A stretch of 64,000 nt of DNA from Planctomycetota bacterium (lineage in GTDB: Bacteria; Planctomycetota; MHYJ01; WSZJ01): the NCBI GenBank assembly GCA_038060895.1, contig JBBTCT010000022.1:64001-128000 (forward strand). Reading direction: 5' to 3'. The notes under the pieces are model-generated. The model searched no databases, was not told the origin of the DNA, and was given only the letters and a program-made list of their open reading frames with translations. Shown in pieces: positions 54,614 through 64,000 of the stretch. Each line of letters begins with the position of its first letter. Position 1 is the stretch's first letter. Position numbers and translations under genes: made by a program.

Positions 54614-57439
54614 CTACCGCGCGCTCGCCAATTTTCTCACGAACTCGCGCTCGCCGCCTACCGAAAGCGCCTGCCGCCGCAGGGTCGTCGCCGAAGCGTC
54701 GCGCTGCCTCGCCATCTGCAGCTCCGCGCCTGCGATGTAGAACTCCGCCTGGAGATTCGGGGTCAACCCGCCCGCGTACTTCATGAATGCTTCCATCGGC
54801 TCCCGCCCCGAGAGCGCGTCCATCACCGCTCTCCACTCCGGGTGCGCCGTATCGCCTTCGAGCGACGGCACGATCTGTTCGCGAAGCCCCATCCAGGACA
54901 GCGCCGCCGCTTCCAGGATCGCGCCGATCAGGTGCTGCGGCTGCGCGGTCGCCGAATACTCCTTCGAATGCGGAGCGAGCGCCGTCAGCGCTTCCTGCGG
55001 GCCGCTTCCGACGATCCAGCAGAGCGCGAGCCAGTTGCGCGCCCAGGCGCCCTCGACGGACGGGTGCGGCGTTTCCTTCATGACGACCGAGAGCCAGCGG
55101 CGGGCGTTTTCGAGTTCGCCGGAAGCGATCAGCGTTTCGCAGAGCCAGAGGATGACGCGCCAGCGGTCGCGCTTGCCGAGGCGGGCGCCGAGGGCGAGCG
55201 TCGCGTGGAGCGCGAGGCGCGACTGCTGGACCAGCGCCGGGGTCATGCCGGAGCGGGCGAGCGCGGTGTGGCACTCGAGGCGGACGGGGACGTTGTGGGG
55301 ATAGACGGAGAGGATGCGCAGGGACTCGGACCGGATCTTCGGCTTGCCGCCGACAAGCCCGGCGAGCGCCATGAGCTCCGAGATCACCTGCCCCGTTTCG
55401 TGCGACTCGAGCCACGGCTCGCGCAGGAGCTGCTCGTAGAGCGTCGCACCGAGCTCCGCCGATTCGCGGCTCACGCGGTCGGCGGTGTTCATGAGCAGCG
55501 TCCAGATCTCGACGCGCACCGGGGCGTCCACGAAGCGCCGGCAGCCGTCGCGCAGAACCTCCCACGCTTCCATGATGTTCTTCGAGCGGAACCCGATGCG
55601 CGCGCGGCCGAGCGCTGACAGCGCTTCCAGGGTCGTCCCCTCGAGCTGCCGCAATTCCTCGAGCGCGGCGTCGTTCTCGCCGAGCTCGATCGAGCAGAGC
55701 GCGGACTTGTAGCGGGCGATCAGGCCTTCATCGCGGTCGGGGTGCGAAAAAGCGAGCTCGTTGTACAGCTCGCGCGCTTCCGTGAGCTGCCCGAGCTGGA
55801 ACAGCTTGTCGGGGAGGGCGAGGAAGGCGAGCTGAAGCGGCGCGCCGCGGGTTTCGACGAGGAGGCGGCGCAGGAAGATGCCGGCGCCGTCGGCGGCGAT
55901 GGCGACCCGGTTGCCGCGCAAGGGGAAGACGTCGCGGTATTCGAGGGCGCGCGCGCCGTTGATGAACAGGGAGATGCGGTCTCCTTCGCGCATCACGAGC
56001 AGCTCGTAGTCCGCGCCCGCCGAGAGGCGCAGGTCGAGGCGGCGAATCGCGATCACTCCGTCGCGCACGAACTCGACGCGCGCTTCGGGGCCGCCCGCGA
56101 GGCGGATCTGGTACCCGTCCACCGAGAACGACCCGCGCAACGCGAGCCAGAACCCGATCTCCCACGACGTCCGTCCTTCCGCGCGCACCGTCGCCGCGAT
56201 GCGCACGTCGCCGGGAAGCTGCGTTTCGAGGAGAGCGCGCGCCGGCCCCGCGAGGCAGGTCAGCGACTCCGCGCCGACGTCCCATTTGCCTGACGGAGTC
56301 TGCCACTTCGCCTTCCCCCCGTCCGTCACCGGCCGCCACGGCGCACGCCCGCCGAGGTAATCCTCGATCGCGCGCGCCACCTCGCGCGCCGAGGGAAGCC
56401 GGTCCGCGATGTTGAGCGACAGGCACTTCTCCACGAGCGTCACCAGCACGCGCGGGGCGGATCGGCCGTGCGGGCGCTTCTCCAGCGGCACGAGCTGGCC
56501 GGCGATGACCTTCTGAAGGGCGTCCTGCGTCGTCGCGGCGTCGACGGGGGAGCAGCGCGCGAGAAGTTCGTAAAGGATGGCGCCGAGGGAGTACACGTCC
56601 GAAGCGAGCCCGATATCGGATGACGCGCCCTTGGCCTGCTCGGGGGACATGTAAGCGGGTGTCCCGATGACCTGCCCGTCGTGCGAAAAGGACGAGCTGT
56701 CGGGGGTCAACGCCGCGGCCCCGGGGGCGGTGTAGAACTTCGTCGTCGAGGGACGCATGCCCTCGGGCGCGTTCTCCTCCAGCTTCTTCGCGAGCCCCCA
56801 GTCCAGGACCAGCACTTCGCCGAAGTCCCCGAGCATGATGTTCCCGGGCTTCAGGTCGCGGTGCACGATCCGGTGGTGGTGCGCGAAGGCCACCGCTTCG
56901 CACGCGCGCAGGAAAATGCCGAGGAGAACGGGCAGCGTGAACTTCTCCAGGTCCTCGGCGCGGTTCTCGCGGAGGCCGGCGACGACCGAGGAAAGCGCGC
57001 GTCCCTCGACGCGCTTCATCGTGTACCACGGCCCGTGCTGCGGGTCCTCGCCGATGCGGTACACGGGGACGATGCCGGGGTGCGCGAGCCGCCCGGTCAC
57101 GACGGCTTCGTCGAGGATTTTCCGCGAAATGTGGTCGCCGATCTTCGGCCGAGGGACCTTGAGGGCGACGAGCCGGTCGAATCCGGGCTCCATCGCGAGG
57201 TAGACCGAGCCCATTCCGCCGACGCCCAGCACGCCCAAAATGTCGTGGCCGCCGATCTGCCTGGGAATCGGTTCTTCCGTCGAAGAGTCCGGCGGCGGCT
57301 CGCCGGCACCGGTGTCGACCTGTCCCGACTGGGTGGCCGGCGTCTGCGCGGCGCGGCAGAGGCCGCAGAGCGCGAGCGTCGAGCCGGGCTCGATGGGGAG
57401 GCCGCAGCGGGTGCAGAAGGATTTTTCGGCGGTGGGCAC
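54614..57439 (-). CDS. Hanks-type Ser/Thr kinase, PknD-like, paralog 2
   Basis: CTRC/CGLC; LGVGGMGSV, HRDLKPGN, DWGLA, GTPAYMSPEQ; colinear with paralog 1 over its whole length. Confidence 0.92.
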   Translation of the reverse strand: MPTAEKSFCTRCGLPIEPGSTLALCGLCRAAQTPATQSGQVDTGAGEPPPDSSTEEPIPRQIGGHDILGVLGVGGMGSVYLAMEPGFDRLVALKVPRPKIGDHISRKILDEAVVTGRLAHPGIVPVYRIGEDPQHGPWYTMKRVEGRALSSVVAGLRENRAEDLEKFTLPVLLGIFLRACEAVAFAHHHRIVHRDLKPGNIMLGDFGEVLVLDWGLAKKLEENAPEGMRPSTTKFYTAPGAAALTPDSSSFSHDGQVIGTPAYMSPEQAKGASSDIGLASDVYSLGAILYELLARCSPVDAATTQDALQKVIAGQLVPLEKRPHGRSAPRVLVTLVEKCLSLNIADRLPSAREVARAIEDYLGGRAPWRPVTDGGKAKWQTPSGKWDVGAESLTCLAGPARALLETQLPGDVRIAATVRAEGRTSWEIGFWLALRGSFSVDGYQIRLAGGPEARVEFVRDGVIAIRRLDLRLSAGADYELLVMREGDRISLFINGARALEYRDVFPLRGNRVAIAADGAGIFLRRLLVETRGAPLQLAFLALPDKLFQLGQLTEARELYNELAFSHPDRDEGLIARYKSALCSIELGENDAALEELRQLEGTTLEALSALGRARIGFRSKNIMEAWEVLRDGCRRFVDAPVRVEIWTLLMNTADRVSRESAELGATLYEQLLREPWLESHETGQVISELMALAGLVGGKPKIRSESLRILSVYPHNVPVRLECHTALARSGMTPALVQQSRLALHATLALGARLGKRDRWRVILWLCETLIASGELENARRWLSVVMKETPHPSVEGAWARNWLALCWIVGSGPQEALTALAPHSKEYSATAQPQHLIGAILEAAALSWMGLREQIVPSLEGDTAHPEWRAVMDALSGREPMEAFMKYAGGLTPNLQAEFYIAGAELQMARQRDASATTLRRQALSVGGEREFVRKLASAR

Positions 57440-57575
57440 GATGCGGTTACTTTAGAAGGTGGGGGAAGAAAGGACACAACGAAACCAAAAACGAAAAACA
57501 AAAAAGGAAAAACGAAAAGACTCCTTGATCCGCCGGCCGTACTTCCTGAGTGCGAATGAAAGGCTGCAGGGGTCG

Positions 57576-58937
57576 CTACTTTCCGCCCGCCGCCGCCCAT
57601 TTCTTCCAGTCCGCGACCCTCGCGTCGTCGTCCTCTCCCGCCGACTTGCGCCTCGTCACCGATTCGAGCGATGCCATCGCCGCCAGGCGGATTTCTCCTC
57701 GCGCCACGTCGTTGCCTCGCGCGTCGCGGAGCGTCGCGGAACGGTCGTCGTCGAGAAGCGCCAGGAGCGCGGGCACGGCCGCGTCGCGCGGGGCGCGCGC
57801 CAGCGCCGCCGCCGCCACGAGGCGGACTTCCGCGTCCTCGTCCGCGGCAGCCTTCACGGCATCCGTGGCATCCGACGCCAGGATGATCCGCCACGCCGCG
57901 GCCCGCAGCGCGGCATTCTCGTCCGCGAGACACCCTTTCGCGTCCTCAATCCCGGGCGGATCGATCGCCGCCAGCGCTTCCAGCGCCGCCTGCCGCAGGA
58001 TCGGCGCGCGCCCCTCGACCGCCATCGCCGCGCGAATCGCCGGCGCCGCGTCCTTCGACTTCATCCTGGCGCACGCGTCGATCGCAGATCGCACCACATC
58101 CGTTCCCTCGTCGTCGAGCCCGCGAGCCGCCGCCGCCGCGCCGCGCGGGTCGCCGATCGCCCCCAGCGCTTCGATCGCCGCCATCCGCACCGCAGAAACC
58201 GAATCGACCGCTGACTCCGACAGCCTCTTCACCGCCGCGCTGTCGCCGATCCGCCCCAGGGCCCGCGCCGCCGCCGATCGCACCGTTCCGTCCCTCGCGT
58301 CGAGCGCCGAAAGCGCCGGCGGCAGCACCCGGCGCTTCACGACCTCGTCCAGCGCGTCCGGAGCCTTCCCGGTCGCGCGCCCCCACTCGCCGGCCACGCT
58401 GAGAGCCAGCACGCGCAGTCCGGGCTCGGGGTCGGTGAGAAGCGGCACGAGGCGTTCGAGGGAAGCGGGGTCGCGCAGGGTCGCCAGCGCGGAGGCGCGG
58501 CGCGAGACGAGCAGCAGGGCGTCCTTTTTTGCGCGGCCGGTTCCCATGTCCATGAAGCGCATGGCGGCCGGCACGACGTCCACGCCCGGGCAGGTCACGC
58601 CGAGCATCTGGATCCAGCGGATGAGCGACTCGTCGTCCGCCACCAGGATTTCGTCTGCCGCGGCCGGGTACTTCTTCAGGAAGGCGGCCGGAAGCGCCGT
58701 GCGCCACTCGATCTGGGCGAGGGCTTTTCCCGCCTTGGCCCGGACCTCGGCGTCCTCGCTGTTGGCCGCTTCGCGCAGGGCGGGGATCGCGGCGTCGCCG
58801 ATTTCCGTCAGCCGCTCCGCCGCTCTTTCGCGGGTGTCGTAGTCATCGTCGCCCAGCGCCTTTACCAGGTCGGCGATTTCGTCGGCGGTCGCCGTGAGGG
58901 CGAGGAGGGAGCACAGGCAGAGAATCGCGGCGCGCAT
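57576..58937 (-). CDS. Exported HEAT-repeat protein
   Basis: Signal peptide; LGDDDYDTRERAAERL, VRSAAARALGRIGD, VRMAAIEALGAIGD, W.KW C-terminus. Confidence 0.85.
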   Translation of the reverse strand: MRAAILCLCSLLALTATADEIADLVKALGDDDYDTRERAAERLTEIGDAAIPALREAANSEDAEVRAKAGKALAQIEWRTALPAAFLKKYPAAADEILVADDESLIRWIQMLGVTCPGVDVVPAAMRFMDMGTGRAKKDALLLVSRRASALATLRDPASLERLVPLLTDPEPGLRVLALSVAGEWGRATGKAPDALDEVVKRRVLPPALSALDARDGTVRSAAARALGRIGDSAAVKRLSESAVDSVSAVRMAAIEALGAIGDPRGAAAAARGLDDEGTDVVRSAIDACARMKSKDAAPAIRAAMAVEGRAPILRQAALEALAAIDPPGIEDAKGCLADENAALRAAAWRIILASDATDAVKAAADEDAEVRLVAAAALARAPRDAAVPALLALLDDDRSATLRDARGNDVARGEIRLAAMASLESVTRRKSAGEDDDARVADWKKWAAAGGK

Positions 58938-59026
58938 TCGCCCGATGGTAGAGGCTGCGTCCCGGCACGGAAAGCCCGCGTCCGTTTTCGATTGAGCCGC
59001 CCCGCGCGCGTCCGTACCCTTCGCCC

Positions 59027-59773
59027 ATGAGAATCCTCTTCGTCGCGGCCCTGGCCGCCAGCGTTTCCGTCGTCGCCGGATGCGGCAAGCCCGAGACCGG
59101 CCCGAAACCGATCCGGGTCGGCACCGAAGCCGCGTACTTCCCGTTCGAATTCGAGGAAGGCGGCGAGATCAAGGGCTTCGATGCCGACCTCATCCGCGCG
59201 GTAGGCCGCGAAATCGGCCGGCCGGTCGAGCTGCAGAATTGCGACTTCGGCGGCCTCGTTCCCGCCCTCAAGACAGACAAGTACGACGCGGTCATTTCCT
59301 GCATCACGATCACGGAAGATCGAAAGAAGGAAGCGGACTTCAGCGACCCGTACTACGACGCGGGGCAGATCGTGGCGGTCCGCGCCGAGGAGACGGCGAT
59401 CGGGTCGAAGGACGACCTGAAGGGCCGGGTCGTCGGGGCCCAGACGAACACCACGGGGTACGACCAGGCGGTCCTGATCACGGGCAGCAAGGACCTCGTG
59501 AAGCCCTACAAGGACGTCAACCTCGCCTTCCAGGACCTTCTCAACGGGCAGGTCGTGGCCGTCATCAATGACGAACCCGTCAGCCGCCGGCTCGTCGCCA
59601 CCAAGCCCGGGTTCAAGCTCGTGGGCGACGTCTTCACGACGGAGCAGTACGGGATTGAGGTCCAGAAGGGAAACAAGGAGCTGCTGGACCAGATCAACGC
59701 GGCGCTGAAGAAGATCCGCGCGTCGGGGGAGCTGGAGCGGCTTCGGGAAAAGTGGATCACGAAGCCCCAGTAA
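59027..59773 (+). CDS. Polar amino-acid ABC transporter substrate-binding lipoprotein (SBP_bac_3)
   Basis: VAGC lipobox; GTEAAYFPFEF, GFDADL, TITEDRK..DFSDPYY, EQYGI. Confidence 0.92.
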   Translation: MRILFVAALAASVSVVAGCGKPETGPKPIRVGTEAAYFPFEFEEGGEIKGFDADLIRAVGREIGRPVELQNCDFGGLVPALKTDKYDAVISCITITEDRKKEADFSDPYYDAGQIVAVRAEETAIGSKDDLKGRVVGAQTNTTGYDQAVLITGSKDLVKPYKDVNLAFQDLLNGQVVAVINDEPVSRRLVATKPGFKLVGDVFTTEQYGIEVQKGNKELLDQINAALKKIRASGELERLREKWITKPQ

Positions 59774-59776
59774 GCC

Positions 59777-60442
59777 GTGGACCTGAAGCCCTATCTTGAG
59801 AGCCTGCCGTCCGCGATCGCAAACACGGCGTTGCTCACTGTCTGTTCCCTCGCGGTTGGAATTGTGCTGGGACTGGTCATCGGACTGGCGCGGGTCAGTT
59901 CGATCAAACCGCTGAGGATGGCCGCCGCCGTGTACGTGGAGGTGGTCCGGGCGATCCCGCTCTTCGTCCAGATCCTCTACCTCTACTACGGGATCGGGTA
60001 CCTGATCCGGAAGATCTACATCCCGAGTCCCTTCGTGTCGGCAACCGCGGCTTTCGGGCTCTGCTACGCCGCCTACATCGCCGAGATCTTCCGGGCCGGG
60101 TTCCAGTCCCTCGACAGGGGACAGTCCGAAGCGGCGCGGGCCCTCGGGCTGACGCGCCCCCAGGCGATGCGCTGGGTGCTGCTTCCGCAGGCCTTTCGCA
60201 ACATCCTTCCGGCGCTGGGTAACGAGGGCGTCGCCTTGCTGAAGGACACCTCGCTGGCCTCCGTCGTCACCATCACCGAGTTGACCCAGGTAGGCGGCCA
60301 GCTCACCAACCGGATCTACAAGCCCTTCGAAGTCTGGACCGTGATCGCCCTCTGCTACCTCGCGCTGACTCTTCCGCTTTCCTGGGCTGTCCGCAAACTG
60401 GAGGCTCGCCTGCGTGTCCGCGGCACCTCTCATACGGCTTAA
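59777..60442 (+). CDS. Polar amino-acid ABC transporter permease
   Basis: [30 protein letters not shown] (EAA motif), LLKDTSL. Confidence 0.93.
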   Translation: MDLKPYLESLPSAIANTALLTVCSLAVGIVLGLVIGLARVSSIKPLRMAAAVYVEVVRAIPLFVQILYLYYGIGYLIRKIYIPSPFVSATAAFGLCYAAYIAEIFRAGFQSLDRGQSEAARALGLTRPQAMRWVLLPQAFRNILPALGNEGVALLKDTSLASVVTITELTQVGGQLTNRIYKPFEVWTVIALCYLALTLPLSWAVRKLEARLRVRGTSHTA

Positions 60443-61148
60443 GGGCCTTCGAAAAACCCTGGGCGGCAAGGAGATCCTGAAAGGGATCGACCTCGACGTC
60501 GCCAAGGGGGAGGTCCTGTGCGTCATCGGACCGTCCGGATCGGGAAAGTCGACCCTGATCCGGTGCATCAACTTCCTCGAGGTCCCCGACCAGGGCACGA
60601 TCGAGTTCGACGGCGTCCTCGTCCGTCCGGATGGATCGCTCGATCGCCACCGTTCCCGGGTGGGAATGGTATTTCAGCGCTTCAACCTGTTCTCACACCT
60701 GTCCGTCGTCGAGAACTTGACCCTCGCCCCGACGAAAGTCCTCGGACTTTCCCCCGGCCAGGCGCTTCAGCGCGCCCGTGCGCTGCTCGACCGGGTCGGA
60801 CTCGCCGACCGCGAGAACGCGTACCCTGCCGAACTCTCGGGGGGCCAGCAGCAGCGTGTCGCCATCGCCCGGGCCCTCGCCATGCAGCCCCAAGTCATGC
60901 TTTTCGACGAGGTCACCAGCGCTCTGGACCCGGAACTGGTGGGGGAAGTGCTGGAAGTCATGAAGGGGCTGGCGCGCGAAGGGATGACGATGCTGGTGGT
61001 GACTCACCAGATGAAATTTGCCCGGGAGGTGGGGCACCGGGTGATCTTCCTGGAAGGGGGAGTCATTGCGGAAGAGGGGAAACCTGGGGATGTTCTGGAG
61101 CGGCCGAAAGGGGCCCGTTTGAAGGAGTTTTTGGGACATTTCTCATGA
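60414..61148 (+). CDS. Polar amino-acid ABC transporter ATPase (GlnQ-like)
   Basis: [48 protein letters not shown]. Confidence 0.95.
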   Translation: MSAAPLIRLKGLRKTLGGKEILKGIDLDVAKGEVLCVIGPSGSGKSTLIRCINFLEVPDQGTIEFDGVLVRPDGSLDRHRSRVGMVFQRFNLFSHLSVVENLTLAPTKVLGLSPGQALQRARALLDRVGLADRENAYPAELSGGQQQRVAIARALAMQPQVMLFDEVTSALDPELVGEVLEVMKGLAREGMTMLVVTHQMKFAREVGHRVIFLEGGVIAEEGKPGDVLERPKGARLKEFLGHFS

Positions 61149-61347
61149 AGTTCCCATAAGTCATTACGCAGAAGCATGTTAAGATGTGGTCGATTTGCAA
61201 TCGTCAAAATGAAATGCACTTGAATTACCCCTTCTCCACGACATACAATTCTCCCTTGCCCCCCTGAGAGGTTGCCTCCGCCGCGCCGAACGCGACACCA
61301 CTCCTTGTCGCGCCAACCCGACCTCTCCGCCCCCAAAACACACCCCC

Positions 61348-63207
61348 ATGCTCACCATTACCAGCGCCAAGTTTGTCGGTCGGGACGCCGAATTCCAGGC
61401 GTTCAAGGACCTGATCGCCCGGCGCATCCTCCAGGCCGACCCCGCGGCCCACGACGTCTTCATCATGACGGGCCCCCCGGGTATCGGAAAGTCCCGCCTC
61501 TTGCAGGAATTCAAGTACCACGCCCTCATGAAGGAGGTCGGCTTCTTCATGGCCACCTCTCACGACGACGACGTGTCCTCCGCCCCATTCCTCGACATCA
61601 TTCGCCGCATGGTTCACCAGACCCTCGGCGCCTCCGGCCCCATGGTCGGATCCCAGACCCGCCGCCTCCTTGCCCAGACCGCCATCCCGAAAAACCTGTC
61701 CCAGCTCCTCGACAAGCATCGCGCCGCCCTGACCCCCTTCATCCCGGAATTCCGCGCCGAGGGCAATCCTCCCGAAGCCGCCCGCGGCCCACAATGGCAC
61801 AAGGCAGCCTTTAACTTCCTCTCCGACACCGCCCGCGTCATCCCCGCGGTCTATGCCGTCGAGGACCTCCACCTGGCCGACGAGCACACGCTCGCCATGT
61901 TCCGCGACCTCGCCCTTTCAGCCGCCGATCCCGGGCGCCGGCTTGTCCTCGTCGGCTCCACCTACCTCGAACTCTCCCCGGCCCATGCCCTCGCGCCCCT
62001 TCTCGCCCAGCTCCGCACCGCCGGTCGCGTCACCGACGTCCGGCTCGAAGGACTGAAGGCCATCGAGATCGCCGAGCTCATCCGCAACATGCTCCAGATG
62101 GACCGGAGCACCATTCCCCTCGTCAAGCGCATCATCCAGGACTGCCAGGGGAACCCGCTTTTCGTCGAGGAACTCATGAAGCTCCTCATCGAAGAGCGCG
62201 CCATCTACTGCGAAACGACCCGCTTCCGCACCAACCTCGACCGCCCGGAGGAATTCCGCTTCCCGACGTCGCTCGCCGAGTGCTACGTCCGCCGCCTGAA
62301 CCACCTCTCCGCCGACGCGCGCCGCATTCTCGCCGTGCTCGCGGCGCTTCGCAGGCCCGCCGACCTCAACGCCCTGGCCGAGAATGCAGGCTTCGAACGC
62401 GCCCGGATGGGCGAACTCCTCGTCGAAGCCGAACGAAAGGGATTCATCCGCAAGCAGATCGACGAGGACCGGGTCAACTACAAGCTCCGCCACCCGGCCA
62501 TGCGCGACGCCGTCATGTCCACGTCTCTCCAGACCGGGCTGCCCTCCTACCGGGGGGAACGCGGGCTCCGCGAAGTCCTCGAGATCAACAAGGGACTGTT
62601 CATGGAGACGTCCCTCGAAGCGCTTCATCGCCGCATCCTCGAAGGCGCCGCCCTCCTTTCCGGCGCCGAGCGCGGCTTCCTCCTCGCCCGCACCGACGGC
62701 GAAGTGCGCGTCGGCGCGATCCGGCGCTTCGATGCCGAGAAGCTCCTGGGCCCCGCCTACCGGGATCTCATCGACAAGGCCAAGTCCGTGTCCGCCCCGC
62801 AGCGCACCGTCGTCGGCGGCGAAGGCGCGGACCTCGCCCGTGCCAATCCGGAAGGCCTCGGCCTGCGGAGCACGATGTTCCTGCCTCTATCCGTCGGCGC
62901 GGAGAGTTTTGGCGCCCTGTGCCTGGACAACTCGCTGGCGGGCGCGCCGTTTCGCGAGGAAGACCTGCGGCTCGCGACGGAATTCGCCGAGCAGGCCGCC
63001 CTCGCGATCCGCTGTTTCCAGCGCGCGCCCGGACCGGACAAGGAGCCGGACGCGCCGTCCCGGACGCTGGAGTCCGTGGAGCTGGCCTACATTCGCGAAG
63101 TGCTGACCTACGCGGGCGGAAATCTTGCCCAGGCGTCGAGAATTCTGGGTGTGCCGTACGTCACGCTCTGGCGCAAGGTCAAGAAGCACCAGTTGGCGGT
63201 CAAGTAG
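61348..63207 (+). CDS. AAA_16/STAND-like ATPase + GAF + Fis-type HTH putative regulator
   Basis: FVGRDAE, GPPGIGKSRL, VEDLHLAD, GNPLFVEE; GAF (AERGFLL...GALCLDN...F..EDL); LESVE..YI..VL...GNLAQASRILGV...TLWRK. Confidence 0.85.
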   Translation: MLTITSAKFVGRDAEFQAFKDLIARRILQADPAAHDVFIMTGPPGIGKSRLLQEFKYHALMKEVGFFMATSHDDDVSSAPFLDIIRRMVHQTLGASGPMVGSQTRRLLAQTAIPKNLSQLLDKHRAALTPFIPEFRAEGNPPEAARGPQWHKAAFNFLSDTARVIPAVYAVEDLHLADEHTLAMFRDLALSAADPGRRLVLVGSTYLELSPAHALAPLLAQLRTAGRVTDVRLEGLKAIEIAELIRNMLQMDRSTIPLVKRIIQDCQGNPLFVEELMKLLIEERAIYCETTRFRTNLDRPEEFRFPTSLAECYVRRLNHLSADARRILAVLAALRRPADLNALAENAGFERARMGELLVEAERKGFIRKQIDEDRVNYKLRHPAMRDAVMSTSLQTGLPSYRGERGLREVLEINKGLFMETSLEALHRRILEGAALLSGAERGFLLARTDGEVRVGAIRRFDAEKLLGPAYRDLIDKAKSVSAPQRTVVGGEGADLARANPEGLGLRSTMFLPLSVGAESFGALCLDNSLAGAPFREEDLRLATEFAEQAALAIRCFQRAPGPDKEPDAPSRTLESVELAYIREVLTYAGGNLAQASRILGVPYVTLWRKVKKHQLAVK

Positions 63208-63214
63208 GCCTGCT

Positions 63215-63388
63215 GCGCCAAGTAGCTCCACGTTGATTCTGTGCCATGCAGCCGCCGCGAATCTCGCCGGCCCGCAAGGCGGGCCGGGACTGGAGCGGAA
63301 CGGAGCTCCAGTGAGGATCGACAACGAAGCGGGACGGCGAAAGGCGCGCGGATGCATGGCACAGAATCAACGTGGAGCTACTTAGCGC
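63215..63388. mobile_element. MITE-like element with 31-bp perfect terminal inverted repeats
   Basis: 63220-63250 AAGTAGCTCCACGTTGATTCTGTGCCATGCA is the exact reverse complement of 63353-63383; about 100 bp structured interior; no transposase. Confidence 0.7.
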
Positions 63389-63999
63389 TTTCCGTACCTC
63401 CGCATCGCGAACTTCTTGCCCTTTCCTTCAGCGCGGATGTCCGAGATTTTCGGCGCGTCCGAGCCCTTTTCTTCTCCTGGAGCGCCTCCGGCGCCGGCCG
63501 GGACGGGAGGCGGGATGAAGTTGGGCTCCTGCAACCCGAGCTCCTGCTTCTGCCCTGCCGACAGCGCCATCCGTACCGTCGCCGGCGCTTCCTTCATTTC
63601 GAGACGGACGGTCGGTGGTTTCCCGGCCGATGTGCCGGGCGCCGGTGGCGGGGCGGGCGGCGGCGCGGCGACCGGCGCAGGCTCGCCGATCGGCTTCGAC
63701 TTCTCCACCAGCTCGAATGCGATCTTCTCCGGTGTCACATTCGAGGTCTGGCACTTCGGGCACTTGATCTTCTGCCCCACCGCAAGCCCCGCGACGTTCA
63801 TCTTCATCGCGCATTTAATGCAGAACACGACCCGCCGGCCCTGCTTCTTGTTCAACTCGAAGACCTGCGCTTCGCTCAGGTATCCCTTCTGCAGCATGAT
63901 CCGGTCCACCGTCGTCTGGCGCCCTTCCTTCTCAATCTCCTCCTGGTACTTGAGGCACTCTTCAACCCGCTCCCTGGTTGCGAGTTTTTCCTTCACCGC
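63382..63999 (-). CDS. Hypothetical protein with helical N-terminal domain, Zn-ribbon and Pro-rich tail; 5'-truncated by the window edge
   Basis: VEECL..Q......RIMLQKGYL, CIKC...CPKC; host-like codon usage. Confidence 0.7.
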   Translation of the reverse strand, partial: AVKEKLATRERVEECLKYQEEIEKEGRQTTVDRIMLQKGYLSEAQVFELNKKQGRRVVFCIKCAMKMNVAGLAVGQKIKCPKCQTSNVTPEKIAFELVEKSKPIGEPAPVAAPPPAPPPAPGTSAGKPPTVRLEMKEAPATVRMALSAGQKQELGLQEPNFIPPPVPAGAGGAPGEEKGSDAPKISDIRAEGKGKKFAMRRYGKR

Positions 64000-64000
64000 G

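Noticed and set aside
1-64000. tRNA or rRNA genes
   Set aside because: None recognised by eye in the intergenic gaps; tRNAscan-SE or Infernal would be needed to exclude them.

Overview
High-GC bacterial DNA. HEAT-repeat proteins, DUF1800/DUF1501, planctomycete-type cytochrome c domains and Chlamydia PknD-like kinases suggest the PVC superphylum, probably Planctomycetota (inference). Five blocks. (1) 1-4.2 kb: decayed conflict/defence island with DUF488 genes, fragments of radC, darT, a RecG-like ATP-binding/Fic-HTH gene and possibly ARPP-1, plus an intact XRE-ImmA/IrrE + PIN pair. (2) 4.3-30.8 kb: anaerobic aromatic catabolism matching the iaa (indole-3-acetate) pathway, plus indolepyruvate:ferredoxin oxidoreductase, an ADP-forming acyl-CoA synthetase, RidA and a class I benzoyl-CoA reductase; together a near-complete anaerobic tryptophan/auxin route. 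(3) 32.8-43.7 kb, the most unusual block: a coupled 9-gene operon with a beta-propeller/diheme CCP-MauG-like protein (HzsBC-like architecture), ApbE, an HzsA-like heme protein, a pentaheme cytochrome c and a reduced Rnf-like module (RnfC, G, D; shrunken Cys-free RnfE/A-like proteins; no RnfB). It looks like a transmembrane electron conduit serving an unknown periplasmic hydrazine-synthase-like enzyme. (4) 43.8-58.9 kb: DUF1800/DUF1501 operon, two paralogous PknD-like kinases flanking an AT-richer two-gene insert, and a HEAT protein. (5) 59-64 kb: polar amino-acid ABC transporter, an AAA-GAF-Fis HTH regulator and a MITE-like element. A palindrome TTAATGnCATTAA recurs in five promoter regions across blocks 2-4. 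All family calls come from motif recognition by eye; no database search was run.
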